Below are positions 17,300 to 29,227 of a stretch of DNA of 32,000 bases, piece by piece (position 1 is the first letter of the stretch; each line of letters begins with the position of its first letter). A model generated the notes under the pieces. That model made no database searches. It had not been told where the DNA came from and saw nothing but the letters and a program-made list of their open reading frames with translations. The stretch lies in contig NC_006576.1 of the NCBI RefSeq assembly GCF_000010065.1, forward strand, positions 1,740,001-1,772,000. The letters run 5' to 3'. The translations under genes and the position numbers were made by a program. The stretch comes from Synechococcus elongatus PCC 6301 (GTDB lineage: Bacteria; Cyanobacteriota; Cyanobacteriia; Synechococcales; Synechococcaceae).

Positions 17300-18196
17300 G
17301 TGAAGATTGCGATTACGGGTGCGACAGGCTTCGTTGGGCAGCGCTTAGTCGAACGACTGCAGGCCGAGGGTCACGAACTGCGCATTCTCAGTCAGCGACC
17401 GACTGTGGCGCAGCAACTGACGGGCTGCCAAGTCTTCGATACTGCGACTGAAACGAGCTGGTTAGCAGCGCTAGAAGGTGCTGATGCAGTCGTCAATTTA
17501 GCGGGGGAACCGATCGCAGAACAACGCTGGACACCAGCCCAAAAACAACGCCTTAAAAACAGTCGTGTTCAAACCACTCGGGCCTTGGTGACTGCGATCA
17601 CGGCCGCAACCCAGAAACCCCAAGTCCTCGTCACTGCCTCTGCGATCGGCTACTACGGCACCAGCGAAACGGCGCAATTTACGGAGGAGAGTGCTGCTGG
17701 ACAGGATTACCTCGCGGAAATTTGCCAAGCCTGGGAACAGGAGGCGCAAGCGGTAACAGTGAGTGGGACCCGTTTGGTGACCCTGCGAATTGGAATTGTT
17801 GTTGGCCCAGGTGGCGCGATCGGCAAAATGCTTGGTCCCTTCAAGCTGTTTGCTGGTGGCCCGATCGGCAGCGGTCGGCAGTGGGTCTCTTGGATTCAAC
17901 GAGAAGACTTGGTCTCGCTGATTCTGGAAGCGATCGCTAATCCCAGCTATCAAGGGACTTACAACGCCACAGCGCCACAGGCAGTGCGAATGGCTGACCT
18001 CAGTGCCACCCTTGGTGAAGTCCTACAGCGGCCATCTTGGTTGCCAGTGCCGGCGTTTGCCCTCGAAGCACTCCTGGGTGAAGGGGCGCTACTAGTTCTG
18101 GAAGGTCAGCAAGTGCTGCCCAAACGCTTGGAAGCCGCGGGTTTTCAATTCCGCTATCCCGATCTGAAATCAGCGCTGCAGCAATTCCTGCCCTAG
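17300..18196 (+). CDS. TIGR01777/YfcH-type NAD-dependent epimerase family protein (SDR with a DUF1731 C-terminus)
   Basis: GTG start 15 nt after psb28-2. Rossmann motif MKIAITGATGFVGQRL, then NLAGEPIAEQRWT, SAIGYYG, GSGRQWVSWIQREDL and a C-terminal GFQFRYPDLKSAL. Confidence 0.85.
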   Translation: MKIAITGATGFVGQRLVERLQAEGHELRILSQRPTVAQQLTGCQVFDTATETSWLAALEGADAVVNLAGEPIAEQRWTPAQKQRLKNSRVQTTRALVTAITAATQKPQVLVTASAIGYYGTSETAQFTEESAAGQDYLAEICQAWEQEAQAVTVSGTRLVTLRIGIVVGPGGAIGKMLGPFKLFAGGPIGSGRQWVSWIQREDLVSLILEAIANPSYQGTYNATAPQAVRMADLSATLGEVLQRPSWLPVPAFALEALLGEGALLVLEGQQVLPKRLEAAGFQFRYPDLKSALQQFLP

Positions 18197-18504
18197 CTGA
18201 CAACCGCCATCGGAGCGATCGCCGCAGGCGTGAGCGATCGCTTCAGGATGACAAGTTGAATCAGGCCGCAAATCACCGTCAAGCCACAGAGGATAAAGGT
18301 GGGAGCGGCAACCACACCCACTGCCCACCAGCTATAGACATGGAGCACCATCAAGATCGCTGGCAGCGCTCCAGCCAGGGCGAGGCTGCGTTGCCAAATG
18401 CGAGGGGCTTCCGCCAATACCAGCAAAATCGCACTGAAGGTCAGCAGAATCGTCAGCGGTACCAAGGCGCCACAAAGGGCGATACAGTGCTCACGCGAAA
18501 ACAT
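18193..18504 (-). CDS. Small hypothetical membrane protein (about 3 TM helices)
   Basis: ATG at 18504; the ORF track extends to a GTG at 18570. The product is 103 aa and strongly hydrophobic (ALCGALVPLTILLTFSAILLVLA, ALPAILMVLHVYSWWAVGVVAAPTFILCGLTVICGLIQLVIL). I recognise no family. Confidence 0.45.
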   Translation of the reverse strand: MFSREHCIALCGALVPLTILLTFSAILLVLAEAPRIWQRSLALAGALPAILMVLHVYSWWAVGVVAAPTFILCGLTVICGLIQLVILKRSLTPAAIAPMAVVS

Positions 18505-18667
18505 CGACAGACTGCACAACCAAGACACGCGATCGCAAACTCCTACCGAAACAGAGACCGGCGATAGCACGGCTCGCTGATCAGCCTAACGCTGATACCA
18601 GAGAAAAACCGCGAACCGTAACGATCGGTGAGTATTTGCTCAGATTCGCAGCATCGAGCGATCGGCT

Positions 18668-20092
18668 TTAACAAGTGGCTTCCAAGCGTTGCCGCACAGA
18701 GGCCAAGGCTGATCGTACTTGCTCAAAACCCGTGCCACCCAAGCTGTTGCGGGCTGCAACAACCTGTTGCGGTGCGATCGCTGTGTAGATGTCGGCTTCA
18801 AACTGCGGGTGTAGAGCCTGCCATTCAGCCAAGCTCAAATCCTTCAGGAGTTTGCCTTGCTCCAAACAGGTGCGCACCACGCGACCGACGAGGTTGTAGG
18901 CTTCTCGGAAAGGCACACCCCGCGCTGCCAAGTAGTCTGCGACATCTGTAGCATTGGAAAAATCGGCTTCGACCGCTGCCGCTAGGCGATCGGGCTGGAA
19001 GCTCAGACCTTCTGCAAACAAAATCGTCATGGCTTCGAGGCAGCTTTCCACGGTTTGCACTGCGTCAAACAAGCCTTCTTTGTCTTCCTGCAAGTCCTTG
19101 TTGTAGGCCAACGGTAAGCCTTTCAAAACGACGAGCAGCGCTTGCAGATGCCCAAACACCCGTCCCGTCTTGCCCCGCACTAGCTCTGGCACATCAGGAT
19201 TTTTCTTCTGCGGCGTGATACTGGAGCCAGTGGCGCAGCGATCGCTGAGGCGAACAAAGCGAAACTCCTCCGAAGCCCAGAGGATCACTTCCTCAGCCAA
19301 GCGGCTGAGGTGCACCATGATCAAGCTGGCGGCTGCCAGAAATTCCACGAGACTATCGCGATCGCTGACGGCATCCAAGCTGTTGGCGTAGATGCGTTCA
19401 AAGCCGAGTAATGCCGCCGTGCGCTGGCGATCGATTGGGAAAGTTGTCCCCGCCAAGGCCCCTGCGCCCAAAGGAGAGGTATTCAGGCGCTTGCGCAGGT
19501 CGCCTAATCGTTCCCAATCACGCTCTGCCATCTCTAAGTAGGCATGGAGATGATGTGCCAAGCTCAAGGGCTGGGCGCGTTGCAGGTGGGTATAGCCCGG
19601 AATTAATGTCTCAAGGTGTTGCTCGGCTTGGCTCAGTAGAACACGCTGATAGTCACGCAATTGCTGACGAATGTGATCGACGCGGTCGCGCAGATAGAGC
19701 CGCGTATCTGTACCCACTTGGTCATTGCGCGATCGGGCGGTGTGGAGCTTTTTACCAACATCGCCGAGGAGTTCTGTCAGTCGCCGTTCCACCGCAAAGT
19801 GGACATCCTCAGCATCCAATCCTGGCTGGAATTGACCGGTGCGATATTCACTGCGAATCTGCTCAAGCCCAGCGACGATCGCCTCACCTTCCTCGCGGCT
19901 GATGATGTCTTGCTCTGCCAGCATTTGCGCATGCGCCTGGGACCCCGTGAGGTCATATTCGATCAGCGCCAGATCAAAACCGATACTGGCATTGAAAACC
20001 ACGATCGCTGGATGGAGCGCTGTCTCGAAGCGATCGCTCCAGGGTTGTGGGGCAGCAGCTTGGGTCACCAGAATCTTTGTGCGGAAGGCCAA
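18668..20092 (-). CDS. argH: Argininosuccinate lyase
   Basis: WSDRFE near the N-terminus, then [30 protein letters not shown] and the signature [12 protein letters not shown]. The listed start, 20092, is a TTG. GTG 20068 (giving [15 protein letters not shown]) is an equally plausible start. Confidence 0.95.
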   Translation of the reverse strand: MAFRTKILVTQAAAPQPWSDRFETALHPAIVVFNASIGFDLALIEYDLTGSQAHAQMLAEQDIISREEGEAIVAGLEQIRSEYRTGQFQPGLDAEDVHFAVERRLTELLGDVGKKLHTARSRNDQVGTDTRLYLRDRVDHIRQQLRDYQRVLLSQAEQHLETLIPGYTHLQRAQPLSLAHHLHAYLEMAERDWERLGDLRKRLNTSPLGAGALAGTTFPIDRQRTAALLGFERIYANSLDAVSDRDSLVEFLAAASLIMVHLSRLAEEVILWASEEFRFVRLSDRCATGSSITPQKKNPDVPELVRGKTGRVFGHLQALLVVLKGLPLAYNKDLQEDKEGLFDAVQTVESCLEAMTILFAEGLSFQPDRLAAAVEADFSNATDVADYLAARGVPFREAYNLVGRVVRTCLEQGKLLKDLSLAEWQALHPQFEADIYTAIAPQQVVAARNSLGGTGFEQVRSALASVRQRLEATC

Positions 20093-20175
20093 AGGCGATC
20101 ATAGTCCCGACTGGCCTGTTAGGGGCAGCCAGACTGCAGCCCGGCCAAAGGCGCGATCGCCTCGGGGACTCACAA

Positions 20176-20337
20176 TCAGCCGTAGCTGGTGAACTTGGCA
20201 ACAAAATAACCAAACGCCATCCCAAACAGCGCTGCCCAAGCCTGACCAGAACTGACAAAGCCCTCCCAAGCCTGGCGCATATTTTGAAGGACATCGCTAT
20301 TGCTGACGTCAATGGCAAACCGGACCGCTTCTAGCAT
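20176..20337 (-). CDS. Small hypothetical protein with a C-terminal hydrophobic segment (53 aa, below the ORF-track cutoff)
   Basis: Hand translation from ATG 20337 to TGA 20176-20178 gives MLEAVRFAIDVSNSDVLQNMRQAWEGFVSSGQAWAALFGMAFGYFVAKFTSYG. It fills the gap between the PP2C gene and argH on the same strand and has host-like codon composition. Confidence 0.4.
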   Translation of the reverse strand: MLEAVRFAIDVSNSDVLQNMRQAWEGFVSSGQAWAALFGMAFGYFVAKFTSYG

Positions 20338-20392
20338 TGTTGCGTTTCCACAAAAGGGTCTACAGCAGATCGCTCACCGATCCATCGTCTCG

Positions 20393-21781
20393 TCAAACGG
20401 CCCGCAGGACTACGAGGGTCATGTCATCTTCATTGTGGCGATCGGGCCCAATGAAGCGCTGGACTCGGTTGAATAGGTCGGCTAGGAGGGCTTCTGCTGA
20501 CAGTCGTCGCCGGCAAGCCTCACGGAAGGCGATCGCGACGTTCTCCTCATCGAAGCGGTTACCCCGCGGATCAGCCGCATCGGTCAAACCATCGGTGTAG
20601 TAGAGAACCACATCGCCCGGCTGAAGCTGCACGTGCTGTTCGGCGTAGGCATTATCGGCTTCGAGGCCAATCATCATGCCAAAGGTGTCGAGGCGCTTGA
20701 GGGTGCCCGTTGCCTGTTGCCAGAGCAGGGGTGGATTGTGGGCCGCATTGCTAAAGGTCAGCAAGCGCGAGCTGGGATCGTATTCCGAGTAAAACAGCGT
20801 GGCGAAGCGATTGGAATGCTCGAGGTCCGCGTAGATCACCTGATTGAGGTGTGCCAAGACCCGACTGGGCCGGTGCCGGTTCAGCACCTCTGCCCGCAGC
20901 ATGCCGCGCAGCATCGTCATGATCAAGCCAGCGGGGACGCCTTTGCCCATGATGTCGCCGATTGCGATCGCCCAGGGCGAGCCTGCATCGGGCTGCAAGC
21001 GTCCCTGTTCATCGCTGTGGGTGCGGGTAGGAATGAAGTCGTAGTAATCCCCGCCCACGCGGCTCGCTGTTCGACAGGCCGCCGCAATTTCTAAGCCTTC
21101 AATCGCCGGGCACTGACTCGGCAGTAATTGCAACTGAATTTCAGCACCAATTTCTAATTCGCGATCGAGGCGTTCTTTTTGGCGTAGCTCGGTGGTCAGC
21201 GCATCATTTTCTATCGCAACAGCAGTTTGATCCGCCACTAAGCGAACCAGTTTTTGACGCGATTCATTCCAGCTGTACTGGCCATCTAAGCTGAAGACGT
21301 ACAGCCGTCCACGGGCTTGGTTCCGCACCAAAACGGCGGTGGCAAATAACTGCGCGTTGCGGCCTAGACAGCGTTGCACTTGGCGATCGATCTCAGCGAT
21401 TGCTTCCGTTGGGGAACCACTGGGAGCCGTCCCAACCGGCAAGCTTGCGGGAATTCGATTCAGGGTCTCCGCAAGGCGGGGATCAGTGCAGTGTAGTTGC
21501 GCCTGCCAAAAGCGACCGTCGGGCCGAAAGGTCAATAACAGACTGCCTTCAGTGTCGGTGACTCGACTGGCAATGAGTGGGATCAGTTCTAGGAACTGGC
21601 CCAAATTGGTGAAGCTGCGGAGCGCGAACCCTAGGGAGGCCAACAATTCCTGAGCTTTGCGCTGTTCGCGATCGAGGCGCGCGACCAGATCCTTGAGGGC
21701 AATGACTGGTGAAAGGCTAGCTGAACCTTCCCCCGCCGAAGCCGGCGAAGCCGCGGGTTGGAAATAGGGGAGCGTCGTCAT
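20393..21781 (-). CDS. PP2C-family (SpoIIE/RsbU-like) serine phosphatase with an N-terminal sensor (GAF-like) region
   Basis: The C-terminal half has GGDYYDFI, IGDIMGKGVPAGLIMTMLRGMLRAEV, LYYTDGLTDA and DDMTLVVLR, the SpoIIE/PP2C metal-binding blocks. The N-terminal region of about 200 aa is of GAF-domain size. Confidence 0.85.
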   Translation of the reverse strand: MTTLPYFQPAASPASAGEGSASLSPVIALKDLVARLDREQRKAQELLASLGFALRSFTNLGQFLELIPLIASRVTDTEGSLLLTFRPDGRFWQAQLHCTDPRLAETLNRIPASLPVGTAPSGSPTEAIAEIDRQVQRCLGRNAQLFATAVLVRNQARGRLYVFSLDGQYSWNESRQKLVRLVADQTAVAIENDALTTELRQKERLDRELEIGAEIQLQLLPSQCPAIEGLEIAAACRTASRVGGDYYDFIPTRTHSDEQGRLQPDAGSPWAIAIGDIMGKGVPAGLIMTMLRGMLRAEVLNRHRPSRVLAHLNQVIYADLEHSNRFATLFYSEYDPSSRLLTFSNAAHNPPLLWQQATGTLKRLDTFGMMIGLEADNAYAEQHVQLQPGDVVLYYTDGLTDAADPRGNRFDEENVAIAFREACRRRLSAEALLADLFNRVQRFIGPDRHNEDDMTLVVLRAV

Positions 21782-21960
21782 AAGAGGACGGGCAGCTACG
21801 CTAAAAGCGATGGGAGAAAAGTTCCCAACGGTTATAGCACCTTATTTCTGGATTCGTGCAAATCCCCATCTAAATTGAGGTTCCTTGCAGTGATTGCCCA
21901 AAACAACCGTCAGGCATGGTCAATCTAGTGCGAATCAATGTCGATTCAGTTCAAAAAAAC

Positions 21961-23517
21961 TTAGCCATCCAACAGCGCTTGGATGAATTCATAGCTGGAG
22001 AAAGGCCGCAGATCTTGAATCCGTTCACCTGCTCCCAAGAATCGAATCGGTAGCTGGAGATCCTGGGCGATCGCGAGGGCGACACCGCCTTTGGCTGTGC
22101 TGTCCAGTTTGGTCAGGGCAACCCCGCTCAGTTGGGCTGCTTCGGCAAAGACTTGGGCTTGGCGCAGCCCGTTTTGCCCTTGGGTGGCATCGAGGACAAG
22201 CAGGGATTCAACGATCGCATCTGGAGCTTTGCGATCGATAATGCGGCGGACCTTAGCCAGTTCGTCCATCAAATTCTTTTTGTTCTGGAGGCGACCGGCT
22301 GTATCTACTAGCAGTAGCTCAGTGCCCCGCGCTTGCGCTGCCGCGATCGCATCAAACACGACGGCAGCCGGGTCGGTGTTCTGGCCGGGGTTAGCAATCA
22401 CATCCACCTCACTGCGATCGCCCCAGACTTTCACCTGCTCAACAGCAGCGGCCCGGAAAGTGTCAGCGGCGGCAATCAGACAGCGATAGCCCGACTTAGT
22501 GGCCAGATGGGCGAGTTTGCCAATCGTCGTCGTCTTACCGACGCCATTAACGCCGCAGACCAGCCAGACGTTGAGGCGACCCTTTTCAGGAGCCAGAATG
22601 TAGCGCCCCGAGGTTTCTAGGGGTTGATCCAACAACTGCTGCAGCAATTGCTTGAGATAGGCGATCGCCTGTTCTGGTGGCAGGGCTTCTTGGCGAAGCT
22701 TGGCTTGCAGCTGCGTCAGGATGCGATCAGTGGCTTCGACCCCCACATCCGCCTGTAGCAACAGTGCCTCGATTGTCTCAACTGCATCGGCGCTGAGGGG
22801 GCCTTGGCCCACCGCAGACTTCAGTTGGTTGACGAGGCTGCGGCGGGTTTTATCCAGACCGCGCCGCAGGCTACTCAGCCAGTCGATCTCTTCGATCGAA
22901 ATTTCTTCAGGACGCCGCCCTTGAGCTGCTAGCACTTCAGACGACCAGACAAAGTCATCGTCAAAGGTTAGCCCTTGGGGGGCTGAGGGTTCTGCGATCG
23001 CAGGGGGCTGGGGCTTCGGTTCTGGCTCCGGCTCCGCGATCGCTTCAGCAGTTAATTGTTCGAGGCGGGCTTCCCGCTCGCTGGCGGCGAGGTCAAAGAA
23101 AGAAGGGGGCTCAGCCGGAGCTGCAGGTTCTGGTTCTAGCTCGGGAGTGGCCTCAGCGATCGTCTGAGGTGCACTGGTCGTAACGGCTGTGTCGTCGGTT
23201 GTTGGCTCAACCGTAGCGGCTAGGTCGTCAGAGACCGCCCCAGGATCTTCCTCAACGGCAGCAGGATGATCTTGCTGCTTCAGATTCTGATAAGCCGCCT
23301 TCGCCCAAGCCAAATAATCAGGGTTGATTGTGGGAGTGGGCGCAGGAGGGCTTGCCGGTGCAGCTTCGGCTTCGGCTGGTTGTTGCTCCGTCGGTGGTTC
23401 TACGGGAGTGCGATCGGCCTCACCAGTCGGCTCGCTAGCCTCCGGGGCAGCCTCGCTGGGCGCCTCAGTTAGGGACTCGGGTTGATTGAACTGACGGCGA
23501 AACCAATCGAAAACCAT
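21961..23517 (-). CDS. ftsY: Signal recognition particle receptor FtsY
   Basis: A long acidic, Pro/Ala/Glu-rich N-terminal A-domain is followed by the NG domain: GVNGVGKTTTIGKLA, DTFRAAAVEQ, LLVDTAGRLQNK and TKLDSTAKGG. Confidence 0.95.
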   Translation of the reverse strand: MVFDWFRRQFNQPESLTEAPSEAAPEASEPTGEADRTPVEPPTEQQPAEAEAAPASPPAPTPTINPDYLAWAKAAYQNLKQQDHPAAVEEDPGAVSDDLAATVEPTTDDTAVTTSAPQTIAEATPELEPEPAAPAEPPSFFDLAASEREARLEQLTAEAIAEPEPEPKPQPPAIAEPSAPQGLTFDDDFVWSSEVLAAQGRRPEEISIEEIDWLSSLRRGLDKTRRSLVNQLKSAVGQGPLSADAVETIEALLLQADVGVEATDRILTQLQAKLRQEALPPEQAIAYLKQLLQQLLDQPLETSGRYILAPEKGRLNVWLVCGVNGVGKTTTIGKLAHLATKSGYRCLIAAADTFRAAAVEQVKVWGDRSEVDVIANPGQNTDPAAVVFDAIAAAQARGTELLLVDTAGRLQNKKNLMDELAKVRRIIDRKAPDAIVESLLVLDATQGQNGLRQAQVFAEAAQLSGVALTKLDSTAKGGVALAIAQDLQLPIRFLGAGERIQDLRPFSSYEFIQALLDG

Positions 23518-23531
23518 AGGAACAGCAGAAG

Positions 23532-24173
23532 TTAGGAAGACGGACGGGCCGCACGGGCTGCTTTGCCTAGCATGGTGCTGAGGCGGCGCAACACGCCATT
23601 GATGAAGCGGCGACCTTCTTCATCACTGTACCGGTTGGCCAATTCCACTGCTTCGTTGATCGCCACTTGCTCGGGGGTACCTAAGAACAGAATTTCTGCG
23701 GCGGCTAACCGCAAAATGTCTTGGTCGAGGCGGGGCACGCGGTGCAGTTGCCAGTCCACCATCACATCATTCAAGGTGCGATCGATGCGTTCGCGGTTGT
23801 TGCTGACTTGCAGCACTAGCCGGCCGCCAAATTTGCGTACTTCTTCGCGATCGGTTAGTTGCACCCACTCGGGCAAGTCCAGGGCATTGCCGGTGCGGTT
23901 AATTGCAGCCTGGGCCATTTCGATCACCTCTTGGAGCATCGCCCGTGAGCTTTCCAGATCGGCAGAGCCCAAGGTGCTCAATAGCAAGCGATCGCTGCTC
24001 TGCTTCAATTCTGCGGAAGCGGCTTCTAGGTGATCGCGGGCTTCTGCGGCGAGGGTGCGGGTTGCCGCCAACAACAGCTCCGAGAGCATTTGGTCGGAGG
24101 GTGGCTCGGCTTTCGCTGGAAGCTGGCTCAAACTGAGCAAAGCCAGTTCACGAGCAATACGGCGGGGTTGCAT
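23532..24173 (-). CDS. nusB: Transcription antitermination factor NusB
   Basis: RRIARELALLSLSQL at the N-terminus, plus ILRLAAAEILF, VAINEAVELANRYSDEEGRRFINGVLRR. It is a long cyanobacterial-type NusB (213 aa). Confidence 0.9.
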   Translation of the reverse strand: MQPRRIARELALLSLSQLPAKAEPPSDQMLSELLLAATRTLAAEARDHLEAASAELKQSSDRLLLSTLGSADLESSRAMLQEVIEMAQAAINRTGNALDLPEWVQLTDREEVRKFGGRLVLQVSNNRERIDRTLNDVMVDWQLHRVPRLDQDILRLAAAEILFLGTPEQVAINEAVELANRYSDEEGRRFINGVLRRLSTMLGKAARAARPSS

Positions 24174-24319
24174 AGGTCGGCGGGAGGCAAAAGGCCAATC
24201 CTCACTCTAACTTGTTGGCCTGCTCCCAAGTCTGAGCAAATCCTGTCTGTAGGCGATCGCCTCGCAGGAATCACCAGTCCATAACGCTGTGCGATCGCCT
24301 CGAATGCCTGAGATTAGCC

Positions 24320-25087
24320 TTAGCGACCGCTCTCGTCTTCGCCCTTGCCACTGCTGCTGGCGGCCTCAACCAGCACTTTCTCTACCGCTTCCGGCAGGCT
24401 ATTCAAGGGAGCGGCTGGCGAATTGCCTTTGGGCGAGACGATGCCACCGGAAATCAGAATTTTGAAGGCATCCTCAACAGACATATCTAGGGTTAGCTCC
24501 TCCTCTTCGCAGACCACTGCATACCAGCCCGTGGTGGGATTGGGCGTCGAAGGGATAAAGACACTGACGAGGGCAGCATCTGGGCGCTTGGCCTGAATCG
24601 CATCGCTGACGATGCCAGTGACGAATCCGACTGACCAAAGGCCCTTGCGCGGATATTCCACTAACACTACGCGCCGAAAGCGGTTGCCGTTGTCCTTCAG
24701 GACCGTTTCGAGCAGTTGCTTGAGGGTTTTGTAGACCGATCCTGCGAGGGGAATCGCCTGCAGGGTGCGCTCGCCAAAATCCAGCAGGAAGCGACCGACG
24801 ATGTTGCGCGCCATCAGCCCGATCACCAAGATGGCGGTCAGGGGGACGGTCAGACCCACCCCTAGGTTGATTAGGTTGGTGAGCAGAGGATCGAGGTCAT
24901 TGAAGGGATTGACCTGTTTGGGAATTCCTGTCAGCAGGTTGACAACCCAGCGGGAGACCACTGCCGTCAGCCAGATTGTGGTTGCTAGGGGAATGACCAC
25001 CAGCAAACCGGCGATCAAATCATTTTTGAAATCCTGCCGCAGCCGTTGCCAAAAACTAAGAGAGCTGTGATTGGGGGCGTCAGACAT
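24320..25087 (-). CDS. DUF502 family membrane protein
   Basis: ATG 25087; the ORF track extends to GTG 25126. FKNDLIAGLLVVIPLATTIWL, GERTLQAIPLAGSVYKTLKQL, VEYPRKGLWSVGFVTG and IPSTPNPTTGW are typical DUF502 blocks. Confidence 0.8.
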   Translation of the reverse strand: MSDAPNHSSLSFWQRLRQDFKNDLIAGLLVVIPLATTIWLTAVVSRWVVNLLTGIPKQVNPFNDLDPLLTNLINLGVGLTVPLTAILVIGLMARNIVGRFLLDFGERTLQAIPLAGSVYKTLKQLLETVLKDNGNRFRRVVLVEYPRKGLWSVGFVTGIVSDAIQAKRPDAALVSVFIPSTPNPTTGWYAVVCEEEELTLDMSVEDAFKILISGGIVSPKGNSPAAPLNSLPEAVEKVLVEAASSSGKGEDESGR

Positions 25088-25310
25088 GGTCTTCGGGGAG
25101 TGAGGCAAAGGGTCACAGCGCAGCACCTTGGGCTGGCTCAGCGCTAAGTTTCCAGTCTCAGCAAGCGATCGCTAGCAGCTAGGGCCTGCTTCACTGTGAC
25201 ACAATCCGACTCCTCCGCGGGGGGGCAGGGGATCAAGGGCGATCGCAGCGAGTGTTAGATCCGACAACTGCGAGGCTAAAGCGCCGCTAGAGGAGGGCGC
25301 AGCTCAGCGA

Positions 25311-26081
25311 TCAGTTGTGGTTCGGACTTTGGCGCAGGATGCCCCAGCTGATGCCGCCATAGCCAATGACGAGCAGGATCCCAAGCAGCGAAGTTCGGAT
25401 CGTATTGCCGGTGACTTCGCGGCGAATGAGGTTAGATTGCTTCTCTTGGTTCGCTTTGATTTCAGCTTCTTGGGTTTGCTTAGCTTCTGCCGCACGCTGA
25501 TCGACAAAGCGATCGATTTCGGCTTCCGGTTTGCCTACTAGCTTTTCGAGCTCGCCAACTTGATCGGCCGGAATTTGGCCGCTGGCCTTGACTTGCTCAA
25601 ACAGGCCGGGGGTGCCAAATAGCTGCTTCAGTTGCTGTTTCTGCTGAGCGATCGCCCCTTGAAACTGCAGATCGAGGGCTTGTCGCTGTTGCTGCACCTG
25701 CTGCTGAACTTCTTCCAGCCGTTGGGCTTGGCTGGTGAAGGCATTGCTGAGGTGAATCGGGACCGCCAGGATAAAAATGACTGTGAGCACCAAGGGCAAA
25801 ATCCGCGCGATCGCCCGGATCAGTTTTTGTTGCGTGACGGACAAAGGATCGAGTTGTTGGGCGAGCCAATCGCCACTAAACCAGAACGTCAGGCCCACCA
25901 GCGGCACAACCCCGCGATCGATCCATTGGCTGCTGGTGGCCACGTACCAACGTGGTTCGCTCCAGTTGGCACCGACCAAACTGGCAACATAGTCAACGAG
26001 CACAGAGAGAACAAGGACGAGACCTACTAACCGCAAGGCTCGTGCAGCCAACGGTGCCACGGAACTCGGTGCAGCAGCCAT
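25311..26081 (-). CDS. Membrane protein with a central Gln-rich coiled coil, HpsJ-like (family assignment tentative)
   Basis: 256 aa with an ATG start. Several TM segments (LRLVGLVLVLSVLVDYV, VVPLVGLTFWF, ILPLVLTVIFILAVPI, SLLGILLVIGYGGISWGIL) flank QRLEEVQQQVQQQRQALDLQFQGAIAQQKQQLKQL. The HpsJ resemblance is from memory only. Confidence 0.55.
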   Translation of the reverse strand: MAAAPSSVAPLAARALRLVGLVLVLSVLVDYVASLVGANWSEPRWYVATSSQWIDRGVVPLVGLTFWFSGDWLAQQLDPLSVTQQKLIRAIARILPLVLTVIFILAVPIHLSNAFTSQAQRLEEVQQQVQQQRQALDLQFQGAIAQQKQQLKQLFGTPGLFEQVKASGQIPADQVGELEKLVGKPEAEIDRFVDQRAAEAKQTQEAEIKANQEKQSNLIRREVTGNTIRTSLLGILLVIGYGGISWGILRQSPNHN

Positions 26082-26206
26082 CGATGATCTTTCACAGGAA
26101 CAGGCTCAGTGTATCCCTTGGATGGGACGCTCGAACCGCGATCGTGTTGGGAAAGTGAGCTGCGCTTCAGCCGGGCGATCGCAGAAATGAATCGAGGCTG
26201 AAGCAT

Positions 26207-26232
26207 AAAAAAGCCGGACCTTGCGGCCCGGC
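26207..26232 (-). terminator. Rho-independent terminator of dnaK
   Basis: The minus strand reads GCCGGGCC-GCAA-GGUCCGGC followed by UUUUUUA. This is an 8-bp stem with one G-U pair and a GNRA tetraloop, 27 nt downstream of the dnaK stop. Confidence 0.7.
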
Positions 26233-26258
26233 GATTCATTCCCAAACTGCCTAGGTGA

Positions 26259-28181
<1,923 letters not shown>

Positions 28182-28341
28182 TTACATCTGCTGACGGCCA
28201 ACCGCCAACAGGGGTGAACTCTTTTGAGTTTCGACTATCTTGCCGGTGAGCCGCCCCCTCTTCCAAGGCGGGGTTCCCGAACCTCGGGGGACGGTGGCCG
28301 ATCGCCCCTAAGCTGAAAAAACGCTGTCCACTGGCTCTGTT

Positions 28342-29208
28342 ATGTCTGCTCTCACCGGTCGTACTCGCTTGCTCGGCATTATTGGCGACCCGATCGAACA
28401 TTCCCTATCGCCGTTGATCCAAAATGCCGCGATCGCAGAGCTGGGCTTGGACTACTGCTATGTGCCCTTTCCGGTTAAGGGTGCAGATCTGGCGACGGCT
28501 CTGGCGGGCTTGGCTGCGATCGGGGTGCAGGGCTTCAACGTCACCATCCCCCATAAGCAAGCCGTGATGCCGCTCCTCAGCCAAGTTTCAGAACTGGCGC
28601 AGTCGGTGGGTTCGGTCAACACCGTTTGGCAGACTGAGCAGGGCTGGGTGGGCACTAATACAGATGTGCTGGGATTCCTTGCGCCGCTACAAACCCTGCG
28701 CAGCGATTGGTCCGGCTGTCGAGTCGTACTGCTGGGCTGCGGTGGTGCGGCTCGGGCGGTCGTTGCCGGTTGCCTCCAACTGGGGTGCAGTGCGATCGCA
28801 ACGGTGGTTCGGGACGCCCAGAAAGGAGACGCTTTTCAGCAGAGCTGGGGTGATCGCGCTGATTCTCTGACGATCCATGACTGGTCAGACATTCCAGATG
28901 TACTCAGCACTGCGGACTTAGTCGTCAACACCACACCGCTAGGCATGGACCCGCACATTGAGCGATCGCCCCTTGATAATTCAGCCGCTCAGCAATTGCG
29001 GCCAGAAACGATCGCCTACGACCTGATTTACACGCCCAGCCCGACCCGCTTTTTGCAACAGGCGATCGCCCAAGGCTGCCACGCGATCGATGGGCTAGAA
29101 ATGCTGGTTCAGCAGGGTGCAGCTGGCCTCAAAATTTGGACAGGTGCAGAAGCGGTTCCCGTCGATACGATGCGATCGGTGCTCAACGCCCATCTGGGTT
29201 TGGCCTAA
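28342..29208 (+). CDS. aroE: Shikimate dehydrogenase
   Basis: LLGIIGDPIEHSLSPLIQNAA, GFNVTIPHKQ, VNTV......W.GTNTD, NADP-binding LGCGGAARAV, and NTTPLGM. Confidence 0.9.
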   Translation: MSALTGRTRLLGIIGDPIEHSLSPLIQNAAIAELGLDYCYVPFPVKGADLATALAGLAAIGVQGFNVTIPHKQAVMPLLSQVSELAQSVGSVNTVWQTEQGWVGTNTDVLGFLAPLQTLRSDWSGCRVVLLGCGGAARAVVAGCLQLGCSAIATVVRDAQKGDAFQQSWGDRADSLTIHDWSDIPDVLSTADLVVNTTPLGMDPHIERSPLDNSAAQQLRPETIAYDLIYTPSPTRFLQQAIAQGCHAIDGLEMLVQQGAAGLKIWTGAEAVPVDTMRSVLNAHLGLA

Positions 29209-29227
29209 GTCGTGTGGCTGAGCGATG

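Noticed and set aside
19974-20318. 114-aa - strand ORF between the PP2C gene and argH
   Set aside because: It overlaps the argH 5' end and its composition is Arg/Ser/Pro-rich. A different frame in the same gap gives a more protein-like 53-aa ORF.
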